DNA of 63,981 nt, filler included, from Octopus bimaculoides (taxonomy: Eukaryota), in NCBI RefSeq assembly GCF_001194135.2. It is 9 parts of 8 records of this genome, joined end to end, with 100 filler letters (N's around TTAATTAATTAA, not from the genome) between each part and the next. Parts side by side here need not be neighbours in the genome. Positions count along the whole stretch, not along the records: positions 39,092 to 46,501 come from NW_026433356.1; positions 46,602 to 48,862 come from NC_069004.1; positions 48,963 to 52,081 come from NC_068998.1; positions 52,182 to 60,711 come from NC_069007.1; 5 more parts are not named here. One strand, 5' to 3'. Shown here piece by piece: positions 40,237 through 52,294 of the stretch (its first letter is position 1; each line of letters opens with the position of its first letter). A program made the position numbers and the translations under genes. The notes beneath the pieces were generated by a model that made no database searches, was not told the origin of the DNA, and saw only the letters and a list, made by a program, of their open reading frames with translations.

Positions 40237-40608
40237 ACACACACGCGCGCACAAAAACGTGCATGTCTGACCCCTTAAATATCCGCAGCTGATGAAACCC
40301 CTTTCGGCCATATTTATCTAGGGGTCTGTTCTGAATCATTACACGACGCGCTGGGCACCGTATTAGTGGTGAAGTCTAACCACAAACAGAGATCCCATGC
40401 TTACCATTCCATCCTTTGACATCCTGCCCCTCATGCTGGTTCTGCCCCGCGGGGGAGACCAATTTGGCTCCCGTTGAATATAGGACATATTATGATAATG
40501 ACGTTCATCATCATAATAATAATAATAAAAACAGGTAATGACAATTATTATAGTAATAATAATAGTAATAATTTCTCATAATCATCGTAATAATAATAAT
40601 AATACTAC

Positions 40609-40643
<35 letters not shown>

Positions 40644-41088
40644 TGATGGTGATGATGATGACAAGGAATTTTCATTTCTTTGGAAGATGTCAGTGAAAAA
40701 AATTGAAGAAGACTTAGCTGCTATTTCTAGCAGGCCTGGAGGTTGATCCTTACAGTAATGTTTTGCGCGCATGTATATAGGTTTGGCTGAGTCGTAGGAA
40801 GTTTGCTTCTCAATCACATGGTCTCATTGCGTGACAAACTGGGCAAGTGCCTTCTATTGTGTATGTATGCGCCAGCGAGGGAGACATCTAGATAACAAAT
40901 AAAAGTGCTGAAAATAGCAACCAAATCTCCATCAGATCACATCGTACTGTCTTATGTATGTATGTCGTAGTTCAGTTTTAATTTCAAGATTTCTTGCCGT
41001 TGGAGAAAGAGCCGGTTTCCAACCTAGATCCAAGGATCCTTATTTAGAATTTCAACAACATCAACAGGGTATTTTTGTATGTATGTGT

Positions 41089-41292
41089 GGAGGCGCAATG
41101 GTCCAGTGGTTAGGGCAGCGGATTCGCGGTTTCGATTCCCAGACCGATCATTGTGAGTGCTTATTGAGCGAAAACACCTAAAAGCTCCACAAGCCTCCGG
41201 CAGGGGATGGTGTCGATCCCTGCTGTACTCTTTCATTTCACCACAACTTTCTCTCCCTCTTACTTCCTGTTTCTGTTGTGCCTGTAATTCAA
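41089..41292 (+). mobile_element. SINE family D, 5' part, cut by a gap
   Basis: GGAGGCGCAATGGTCCAGTGG A box and GGTTTCGATTCCC B box. Confidence 0.85.
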
Positions 41293-41501
41293 NNNNNNNN
41301 NNNNNNNNNNNNNNNNNNNNNNNNNNNNNNNNNNNNNNNNNNNNNNNNNNNNNNNNNNNNNNNNNNNNNNNNNNNNNNNNNNNNNNNNNNNNNNNNNNNN
41401 NNNNNNNNNNNNNNNNNNNNNNNNNNNNNNNNNNNNNNNNNNNNNNNNNNNNNNNNNNNNNNNNNNNNNNNNNNNNNNNNNNNNNNNNNNNNNNNNNNNN
41501 N

Positions 41502-41712
41502 ATGTATTATTTCTTTACTACCCACAAGGGGCTACACACAGAAAGGACAAACAAGGACAGACAAACCGATTAAGTCGATTACATCAACCCCAGTGCGTAA
41601 CTGGATGAAAGGCAAAGTCGACCTCAGCGGAATTTGAACTCAGAGCATAGCGGCAGACGAAATACCGCTAAGCATTTCGCCCGGCGTGCTAACGTTTCTG
41701 CCAGCTCGCCGT
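41502..41712 (-). mobile_element. SINE family B (B1 tail)
   Basis: Reverse complement of 8813-9041. Confidence 0.9.
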
Positions 41713-42094
41713 CATGTATGTATGTATGTATGTATGTATGTATGTATGTATGTATGTATGTATGGCTGACTCATTCCGCAAGGTGGTACCCCAGCATGGC
41801 CGCACTCTAATAACTGAAACACTTCAAATATAAAACATATAAAGATGGTGACGATGATTACCACGGCTACGATACACTCTGAAGAATCCTGTTCTTGCAA
41901 TAATTAGCCGGATCAACAGATGGGTTTGCCTTATGCCAGTCTAACAGCAGTCAGCTATGATATTTAGGCTTACCTGCCGTGTCAGGTTCCTCTTTTAGAT
42001 TTTAAAAAGAAAGAAAACTCATTTTGTTTATACATTTCCTTCATTTTTAATTTTATTATTATTATTATTATTATTATTGTTATTGTTATTATTA

Positions 42095-42258
42095 AGGCGG
42101 TGTGCTGGCAGAATCGTTAGCGGCATTTCGTCCGTCCTTGCTTTTTGAGTTCAAATTCCACCGAGATCGACTTTGCCTTTCATCCTTTCGGGGTCGTTAA
42201 ATTAAGTACCAGTCCTCCCAAAATTTCAGGCCTTGTGCTTGGAGTAGAAAAGATTATT

Positions 42259-42289
<31 letters not shown>

Positions 42290-42692
42290 CTGTTGTTATT
42301 GTTGTTAAGGCGGCGAGCTGGCAGAATCGTTAGGACGCCGGGCGAAATGCTTAGCAGTATTTCACCCGTCGCTACGTTCCGAGTTCAAATACCGTCGTGG
42401 CCGACTTTGCCATTCATCTTTTTCGGGGTCGATAAAATAGATACCAGTTGAGTACTGGGGACGATGAAATCGATCAGTTCCCTCCCGCAAAATTTCAGGC
42501 CTTGTGCCTTGAGTGAATTGATTGAAAAGTGAGTGAAAGCTGCGTTCTGAGTTCAAATTCCGCCGAGATCGTCTTTGCCTTTCATCCTTTCAGGATCGTT
42601 AAATTAAGTACCAGTTGAGTACTGGAGTCGACGTAATCAACTAGTCCCGTCCACACAAATTTCAGGCCTTGTGCCTATAGTAAAAAGGATTA
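42095..42692 (+). mobile_element. Head-to-tail cluster of three family B (B2) SINEs
   Basis: Copies at about 42095-42255, 42307-42510 and 42540-42692. Confidence 0.85.
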
Positions 42693-43163
42693 TTATTCTT
42701 ATTATTATTACCGTCTTAGGTTGTCGGTTATGTTTGTGTCATGTAATTTTATGTTGTTTTTTGTAAGCCCTTGTGGCTAATAAAAGAATTTATTATTATC
42801 ATTATCATTATTATTATTATTCATTTCTTATTCCTTGCATTCGGCCTCACTGTTTCATTCGCTCTTTATCCGTCTGTTTCTGTCTGCCTGTCCGACTGCA
42901 TATTTCTGTCTGTCTGCTTGTCTCTCTCTCGCTTTGTTTCATCATTGATATATTCGTCTCTGACATATAGGTGTGTGTGCGCATGTGTATCTGTCTGTTT
43001 ATCTAATTATCCGTTTAGCTACCTAAGAGTCTTTCTGTCTGTGTGTCAGTATATTTATAGCTCTGGATACCTGGATATGTTACATGTATGTCTATCTATA
43101 CAGGTGTACACTTGCGTTTGTGTGTGGATGTACATATTCATATAAACAAACATACATATGTGC

Positions 43164-43222
<59 letters not shown>

Positions 43223-43273
43223 AACACATATATATGTATGTATGCATTTAGTCACACATGTATGTATATATAG

Positions 43274-43313
<40 letters not shown>

Positions 43314-43517
43314 AGACATATATATGTGTACACATATATACATGCGTACGCATACATATATGCACGACGCACAAATATAATATCTACATACATGCATATA
43401 TATACATATATATATATATACAAGCAGACACCGGATATGCATACACATATATACCACATGCATGTATATGCATATCTAGCACACGCTACATGAATATATA
43501 TTAATGTATATGTAGAT

Positions 43518-43550
<33 letters not shown>

Positions 43551-44214
43551 AGTATATATTTTCGCATGTATATACATACATATGTATCTACCATCACGAT
43601 TATTTTCATTCCACGCACGTTTTTCCGCAGCGTGCAACACCTTCCCGACCCAACATCACCTGTCGACAGGGCATCAGCAAAAAGATTTCCGTACCTTCAG
43701 ACACTCGCTCCCTCTAGCGATAAACAAGCAGTATTAATGCAACGAGGACATGTCTAGGTTTCTTCCGTCCATATCGCTGTAGGCTTTTTTTTTTCGCACC
43801 TTGCTTCGCTTAGACAGCCACTGCATCAAATTAAGGGCAGCTAACTCCCAAAAACATGCAGCGATGACTTTGTTCTACTGCTTGCTGAGGAGCGCAGCTG
43901 ATGTCTGGGATTAAGCGGATTGTTAGTGCATTGGATAGGATATCTTGCAAGTTAAAAAATATATATATTTGGGTCCCTTCATTTTGAGTTCGAATCACGT
44001 CGATTTTAACCTTGTTTATCATACCCGTGTCGATAAATAGAGTATTTATTAAAAAGGAGAAACCACAGATCATCAACACCGTTGTCCAACTATGTTTGGT
44101 TACAAAAGGAAAATAATTTTGATGCAATTTTGAGTTTATATTAACATTGGCAAATAAATGCATAGCGTGTATTCCATTTCTGGTGACGTCTCTTGCGCAT
44201 TACAAGAACAAAAA

Positions 44215-44625
44215 ACAATGTTATGTGCAAGTTTGGCTGTGTAGTAACAAGTTTGTTTTCCAGCAACATAATTCCGGATTCAGTCCCACAGCGTGGCACC
44301 TTGGACAAGAGTCTTCTACTGTAGCTTGGTGCTGACGAAAGCCTTGTGAATGGATTTGGAGGCGGTAACTGAAAAAAGTCCTTCGAATATGTATGTGTGT
44401 GCGTGTGTGTGCGTTCGTGTCTGTGATTGTCCCCACTACCGCTTGATAACCTATGTTGGTGTAATTACGTCACCGTAACTTCGCAGTTCGACAAGAAAAA
44501 AATCCAGTAGAATAAGTACCAGACACAAATGGAGTCAATTCAAGTCTTTAAGGCGGTGCTCCAGCATGGCTGCAGTCTAATGAGTGAAACAAATAAAAGA
44601 TTAAAATAAAAAAGAGATAAAAGAT
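44215..44625 (+). mobile_element. SINE family A, near full length
   Basis: Head, CORE-like block, (TG)n and AAAAGAT tail. Confidence 0.85.
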
Positions 44626-45057
44626 ATGGAAAACCATTAAATTTCACAGAATTTTTCGAATACTTGTTCCGAAATTCGGTGAGGTGGGAACCGATGCCGA
44701 GGCATTTAAAAGTAATTATTTATACTCTGACGCCAAGCAGGAACACAAAACTGGAAAGATTAACTACATGAAAGAGAACTTTCTCAAGGTCGTCCTTTCC
44801 GATAAGTAACACGTAAAAGTGTCTACTTCTCCGAAGCTATGATATTTATTTCAACGCTGGAACTTTAATAATCCTTTCTACTAAACGCCCAACGCCGGAA
44901 ATTTACAGGAGAAGAATAGTCGATTGCATCGACTCTTGTACGAAACTAATACTTAATTCATCGACCAGCTACGTTGGGTATTCTGAACAAAATAATAATT
45001 TATTCCGCCATTTATCAAACTAAAAGCTAGATTGTTTGTCAGTTACATTTGTACATA

Positions 45058-45254
45058 CTTTCTTTTACTCTTTTACTCGTTTCAGTCATTTGACTGAGGC
45101 CATGCTGGAGCGCCGCCTTCAGTCGAACAAATCGATCCCAGAACTTATTCTTTGTAAGCCTAGTACTTATTCTATCGGTCTCTTTTTTGCCGAACCGCTA
45201 AGTTACGGAGATGTAAACACACCAACATCGGTCGCCAAGCGATGCTGGCGGAGA

Positions 45255-45260
<6 letters not shown>
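45058..45260 (-). mobile_element. SINE family A body and tail
   Basis: GCCGAACCGCTAAGTTACGG block. Confidence 0.85.
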
Positions 45261-45292
<32 letters not shown>

Positions 45293-45823
45293 NNNNNNNN
45301 NNNNNNNNNNNNNNNNNNNNNNNNNNNNNNNNNNNNNNNNNNNNNNNNNNNNNNNNNNNNNNNNNNNNNNNNNNNNNNNNNNNNNNNNNNNNNNNNNNNN
45401 NNNNNNNNNNNNNNNNNNNNNNNNNNNNNNNNNNNNNNNNNNNNNNNNNNNNNNNNNNNNNNNNNNNNNNNNNNNNNNNNNNNNNNNNNNNNNNNNNNNN
45501 NNNNNNNNNNNNNNNNNNNNNNNNNNNNNNNNNNNNNNNNNNNNNNNNNNNNNNNNNNNNNNNNNNNNNNNNNNNNNNNNNNNNNNNNNNNNNNNNNNNN
45601 NNNNNNNNNNNNNNNNNNNNNNNNNNNNNNNNNNNNNNNNNNNNNNNNNNNNNNNNNNNNNNNNNNNNNNNNNNNNNNNNNNNNNNNNNNNNNNNNNNNN
45701 NNNNNNNNNNNNNNNNNNNNNNNNNNNNNNNNNNNNNNNNNNNNNNNNNNNNNNNNNNNNNNNNNNNNNNNNNNNNNNNNNNNNNNNNNNNNNNNNNNNN
45801 NNNNNNNNNNNNNNNNNNNNNNN

Positions 45824-45874
<51 letters not shown>

Positions 45875-45894
45875 ATATATATACATAAGTATAT

Positions 45895-45925
<31 letters not shown>

Positions 45926-46086
45926 TGTGTATAAACTCATTCAACACATATACCAAACGTAGTCTACGTTTAAGGAACCACACGCATGCACATATATACA
46001 CTCATATACAACGCACACACATTTACACACGTGCATCAATACATGTATTTTATATATACAGACACATATGTATATATATATATATA

Positions 46087-46171
<85 letters not shown>

Positions 46172-46601
46172 TTATGTGTATATATGAATATATGCTTGTG
46201 TGTATATATATATACACGCGCACGCCCATTCATCGCATATATTACAAGCATAGTCCACGTACATCTGAAGCATCATACACACATAGACGCACGCACACAC
46301 ACCTATACAGACATGTATACACTCGCTCCAACCCTGCCGGCCTCTTCTGACCACTCCCTGACCGACATCCTGAGGCAGTGGACATCATCTGAGCCTTTTG
46401 TTGATTAAACTGTTGTTTGTGTCTGTCTCTGTCTGTTTGTCCGGTTGTCTCTCTCTAACTACCTTTCTTTCATTCGCTCTCTCTCTCTCTCTCTCTCTCT
46501 CNNNNNNNNNNNNNNNNNNNNNNNNNNNNNNNNNNNNNNNNNNNNTTAATTAATTAANNNNNNNNNNNNNNNNNNNNNNNNNNNNNNNNNNNNNNNNNNN
46601 N

Positions 46602-46667
<66 letters not shown>

Positions 46668-47535
46668 TCTATCTACAAATGTCTGCATATATCTATACAC
46701 ACGCACACACACACAGATACGCACATACACGAACGCACGGAGACACACACGCAATACGCAGACACATATATACACACGCACAAATGTATATAAAGATTAT
46801 ACAAGTATACTCCCATATACAGACACATATACATGTATTTATATATGCACACATAATTGTATCTATTTGTTATGGTATTACGTGTAATACGTCATCCATA
46901 CATCGAAATACACGGATCAAATTTATAGCTTTACTATAATTTCATTCAATACATAAACCCATATGTACATATTTAACTGCTCCGGTTGAAATTGTCATAA
47001 TATGAATCTACTCACGGTCTTCTATCTCGCTTCGATTTTATTTCATGTTCATGAGACCATATAAAACATTACATGTTTCGGCCATATTACTGCATACTTC
47101 AAAGGCAAAAGAAATAGATTTTCATCGTCTGTTCCACTAATAATCATCTATAATTGACCGTATCTTTTGTTAAACTTCATCGAGATGTTTGCTACGCTTC
47201 GGAACATTATGCTGTTGCTATCCGTTTAACTCCTGTGCAAATATCTTGCTTATGCTTTCACGTCTCAAGCGATTACTTTCCGAATCCTATATATTTCAAA
47301 TATTAGCACACGGCCAGCATGTTCGGATATGGAGGTAAATCGATTACATCGACCCCAGTGCTTAAACGATACTTATTTTAAATAATATAATATATTAAAT
47401 TCAAATTACAATGAACGTAAACAAACAAACGAAGTTGGCTTTAGAAGCGTTGAGATGTCTTAGAAAGTTAAAGAAGTAATTTTAAATTCTCAAACGCAGG
47501 ATAATGCTAATAACATAGCCTGAACAGGATAAGCT

Positions 47536-47602
47536 ACCCCTATTTTGCAGAAAAAAGTGTAGGCGGTTAGCTCGCCTACACTTTTTTCTGCAAAATAGGG
47601 GT
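47536..47602. repeat. Perfect inverted repeat: 30-bp arms, 7-nt spacer
   Basis: ACCCCTATTTTGCAGAAAAAAGTGTAGGCG-gttagct-CGCCTACACTTTTTTCTGCAAAATAGGGGT. Confidence 0.95.
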
Positions 47603-47899
47603 CTGTGACCATTTCTGGCGTGTGCTTATACCATCTTTTTTCTGTTGTTATTCCACAGTGTTGGCATAGCTTCCAGTGTATGTAGATCCCAGCTCCGTCG
47701 TGTCTGTGAATATATTCCTTCTTAGCCAGGACTGGGCAGCCAGAGATAATATGACTTATTGTTTCTTGTCCATCTCTACATATTCTGCATTTACTTGTTA
47801 TGTTTCTTTTCATTATATATTTTTGGTCATTTCTGGTGGGGAGGCTTTGGTCTTGTGCAGCAATTAAGAATCCTTCAGTCTCTGCTTTGAGTCCTGAGC
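47603..47899 (-). mobile_element. R4/Dong-type LINE fragment with CCHC knuckle
   Basis: SGLKAETEGFLIAAQDQSLPTRN...CRICRDGQETISHIISGCPVLAKKEYIHRHD...WYKHTPE; open frame. Confidence 0.9.
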
Positions 47900-48691
47900 N
47901 NNNNNNNNNNNNNNNNNNNNNNNNNNNNNNNNNNNNNNNNNNNNNNNNNNNNNNNNNNNNNNNNNNNNNNNNNNNNNNNNNNNNNNNNNNNNNNNNNNNN
48001 NNNNNNNNNNNNNNNNNNNNNNNNNNNNNNNNNNNNNNNNNNNNNNNNNNNNNNNNNNNNNNNNNNNNNNNNNNNNNNNNNNNNNNNNNNNNNNNNNNNN
48101 NNNNNNNNNNNNNNNNNNNNNNNNNNNNNNNNNNNNNNNNNNNNNNNNNNNNNNNNNNNNNNNNNNNNNNNNNNNNNNNNNNNNNNNNNNNNNNNNNNNN
48201 NNNNNTATATATATATATATATATATGCACATAGATAAACAATACGAAATGGAATGAACGACATTGGTTATATAAAACCACTACAATAATTTCGACATTG
48301 GTTAGATGATATAATTCATCACTAGCGTCCATCCAATTCGTAAGACAATCTTTTTCAGGTAATTGCTTAAAATAAATTGTTTATTAGATGATATTCTCGT
48401 TTCACTCAGTATGAGAATGAATACCCAACGCAGTGTGCTATTTCCAGTAATTTGCAGATGAAACTAAATCCATAGATACAGTGACAAACAAAATACAATT
48501 ATAATAAAAAGGAAAATGCTGAAATAAATAGATAATCGAAACATAGATGTATACGTAGGTATCTGTGGGTATATTTTACGTTACGCATTCAATTCATCTT
48601 CTTCATTAAATTATATTATCACTTTCTGTTTTTTAAATCACTAGGACTGCTTGTATGAAATGTATATGTGTGCATATATAAATAGATATAT

Positions 48692-49290
48692 AGGCACAGG
48701 AGTGGCTGTGTGGTAAGTAGTTCCGGGTTCATTCCCACTGCGTGGCACCTTGGGCAAGTGTCTTCTACTATGGCCTCGGGCCGACCAAAGCCTTGTGAGT
48801 GGATTTGGTAGACGGAAACTGAAAGAAGCCCGTCGTATATATATATATATATATATATATATNNNNNNNNNNNNNNNNNNNNNNNNNNNNNNNNNNNNNN
48901 NNNNNNTTAATTAATTAANNNNNNNNNNNNNNNNNNNNNNNNNNNNNNNNNNNNNNNNNNNNAAGTAGCTTCCTTACTAACCACATGGTTCCGGGTTCAG
49001 TCCCACTGCGTGGCATCTTGGGCAAGTGTCTTCTACTATAGCCTCGGGCCGACCAAAGTCTTGTGAGTGGATTTGCTAGACGGAAACTGAAAGAAGCCCG
49101 TCGTATATATGTATATATATATATATATGTATGTGTGTGTATATGTTTGTGTGTCCGTGTTTGTCCCCCCCCCCCATCATCGCTTGACAACCGATGCTGG
49201 TGTGTTTACGTCCCCGTAACTTAGCGGTTCGGCAAAAAGAGACCGATAGAATAAGTACTAGGCTTACAAAGAATAAGTCCTGGGGTCGAT
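48692..49290 (+). mobile_element. SINE family A seen twice either side of a 100-bp placeholder gap
   Basis: 48692-48840 and 48963-49290 overlap in consensus; either tandem copies or an unmerged assembly overlap. Confidence 0.8.
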
Positions 49291-49690
49291 TTTCTCTGAA
49301 TTTGAGAGGTGAGTATGTTGAATAAAATCATAATTAAACTGATTCTCCTGTATTTTCTTTTGCCCAAAGCCAAGAACTTTTCACCACCACCCTTCGTATA
49401 TATGTATGGATGTATGTATACATGTATGTATTTGTGTGTATGTATGTACGCATACATGTGTGTGCATGTATTAATCTGTGTATGTACGTATCTTTATAAA
49501 TATTTATATTTTACAGATTTCTTGTGTAGCAAAGTAACTATTCGTTCATTAATTTCTCGACCTTTAGCTTGTATTGAGTCCTCTTTGGATTTCTGATCAC
49601 CTTTATCTTTGACTCGAAAGTCTTCCGATATATATGTCTGCGTGTGTATGCCTATAATGTGCGTGTGTGCGTGTGTGCGTGCGTGCGTGC

Positions 49691-49731
<41 letters not shown>

Positions 49732-49849
49732 GTGTATGTGCTTGCATCTATGTATGTATTTATACATACATATGTACGCATACATGCATTCATACACAAA
49801 CACACACAGATATCTCAAAAGAAAATAGACACCATCATTATTAAAAGAT

Positions 49850-50270
49850 TTATTTCTCCTTTCTTCTTTTCATATATCCTGGCCGAAGAAGAGGTTTTCT
49901 TACAGCTGCACTGCCACAGTAACCAAGTTGATGGAGATGCTTCATAGAAGAATTCCGATTCATTTGGAATTGGTTTGCATCGTCGGTTGTCTTACAACGG
50001 AGATTATTTTCAACAATCCGCCTGACAGAACGAAGTCACTTTTCAGAAGGCCCGGGTCGACCTGAGCGCCATGCTTTTGATTCTTATCCTTTGTTGGTGA
50101 AATGCACAATCACCCTGTAAATTGTAGCAAGAGGAAACCCATGTATTTCTGAAATCTCATGCTGGCTAAGTCCACCCTCAGACAAACCCACAATACACTG
50201 TCTTTGAAAGAAAAAATAATAATACATTACAAAGTTTGAAACACCAGGTAGTGTTGGCACAAATGAGACG
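49850..50270 (-). mobile_element. Tc1-type transposase N-terminal remnant
   Basis: [38 protein letters not shown] (HTH), RSGRPGP, and HLHQLGYCGSAAVRKPLLRPGYMKRRK. Confidence 0.8.
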
Positions 50271-50394
50271 GTATAATGTGTGTGTGTTTATGTGTGTGTG
50301 TCTATGTGTGTGTCTGTGTGTGTGTGTGTGTGTGTGTGTTTGTCTATGTGTGTGTGTGTGTCTATGTGTAATGTGTGTCTATGTGTGTGTGTGT

Positions 50395-50583
50395 GAGTGG
50401 ATACTGAAATGTTCTTGGCTTTAAGGGCTTCGCGAAAGGCCTGGTTTGGAAGCCCAAACTTCCGAGTTCTTTTACAGGCCTTAGAAAAACAGAAGGACCA
50501 CTGCAATAAGTATGTGAATCTAAGAAGTAAATATGGTGAATAAAATCATAATTGATTAATTCTCCCGTACTTTCTTTTACCCC
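50395..50583 (+). mobile_element. Mariner-derived MITE lacking the right TIR
   Basis: Same interior as 29382-29591; truncated where the second Tc1 copy starts. Confidence 0.75.
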
Positions 50584-50810
50584 AGAAGACCCGGGTCGAA
50601 CTGAGCGCCATGCTTTTGATGTGTATGCTTTGTTGGTGAAATGCACAATCACCCTGTAAATTGTAGCAAGAGGAAACCCATGTATTTCTGCAATCTCACG
50701 CTGGCTAAGTCCACCCTCAGACAAACCCACAATACACTGTCTTTGAAAGAAAAATTCATAATACATTAACAAGTTTGAAACATCAGGTAGTGTCCGCACA
50801 AATAAAGCGG
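50583..50810 (-). mobile_element. Second partial copy of the Tc1 5' region
   Basis: Close copy of 50044-50270. Confidence 0.85.
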
Positions 50811-51674
50811 TATAATGTGTGTGTGTGTAAGGTATGTGCACATGTATATTAGCATATCTACACATGTGCGTATATACATTACATGCTAAGCTTAATGGGA
50901 CAGGACTGGATGTTACGAGTCTTATGCCCTTATCATAGAGGCTACAGTACCTTCCGTATGTGGCAATGCAGAACACATTCATTTTACTAATCCCTGTCGT
51001 GCCTATATCACATAATATAACGTTGCAGTTCAAGTTACTATAGAATCTAACACGTCTAAGCTTGCAATATTCATCAAGAGACAGGAAAGTCAGACAGTGA
51101 AGGTTAGCTGAGCTGCACATAGTTATACGTTCACATGCAGGAAACAATGAACAGTCTTTATGCTGATGCTCAAAATAAATAAAAAGAAGGAAATTTCATA
51201 TCATGAAGCCATTCGCTGAGACTGGTTTTTCTATGTTATGTAAAAGCTAAGACTCTTTTGAACTATGTCTCTGTTGCATAAAATATAATGATACGTTTTG
51301 TTTGAATTGAACAGTTATGTAGAATTATGTGCATGAGCGTGTCCAGATTGTACATTCATTAATATATACGTTTATATTATAAGAATTTAGAAACTTGGAG
51401 AGAACATGAAATAATTCATTTTTAACGGGTGGTCTCGAAGTAGAGATGTCTATCAATAAGGTTATCAATAAGCTATTAATAATATCAGTAAATTTTGAGT
51501 TAAACACCTTCGAAGTTTTCTGTCCTCACGAATTTTTAACCCAATATTAACGCTATTAATCATAGCCTTATATACTTCGAGTTCACCGTTACAAACTATA
51601 TGTTTGTGTATACATATACGTATAAATAGGAATTGCAAAATAAATAGATAGATAGATAGATAGATGATAGATAT

Positions 51675-51730
<56 letters not shown>

Positions 51731-52181
51731 TTAGATAGATAGATATGATATAATATAATTTATGATATAATATGATATATACATAGAGTGGGTGTTGTAT
51801 TCTCAATAAGCTAACTAAAACATTGCGACACGGTGCAAATATCGGTTTGTAAATAGAGCGTTGTAACACACAAGAAATAGTATTATTACTAATGGATGAA
51901 ATTGCGAAAACATGACAAAATATTTATAAAGGTTGAAAATAGATTAGGAAACAAATATTGAAGCTAATTATAAGTATATGATGTCAATGACATCATATAC
52001 TTGAATTTCCGGTGAACTAGATCATTCTCATCCACTGTATGTATAGATGTAACGTAAAGGATCCATATATATATATATATANNNNNNNNNNNNNNNNNNN
52101 NNNNNNNNNNNNNNNNNNNNNNNNNTTAATTAATTAANNNNNNNNNNNNNNNNNNNNNNNNNNNNNNNNNNNNNNNNNNNN

Positions 52182-52212
<31 letters not shown>

Positions 52213-52221
52213 TGTGTATGA

Positions 52222-52253
<32 letters not shown>

Positions 52254-52261
52254 TGTGTATG

Positions 52262-52294
<33 letters not shown>

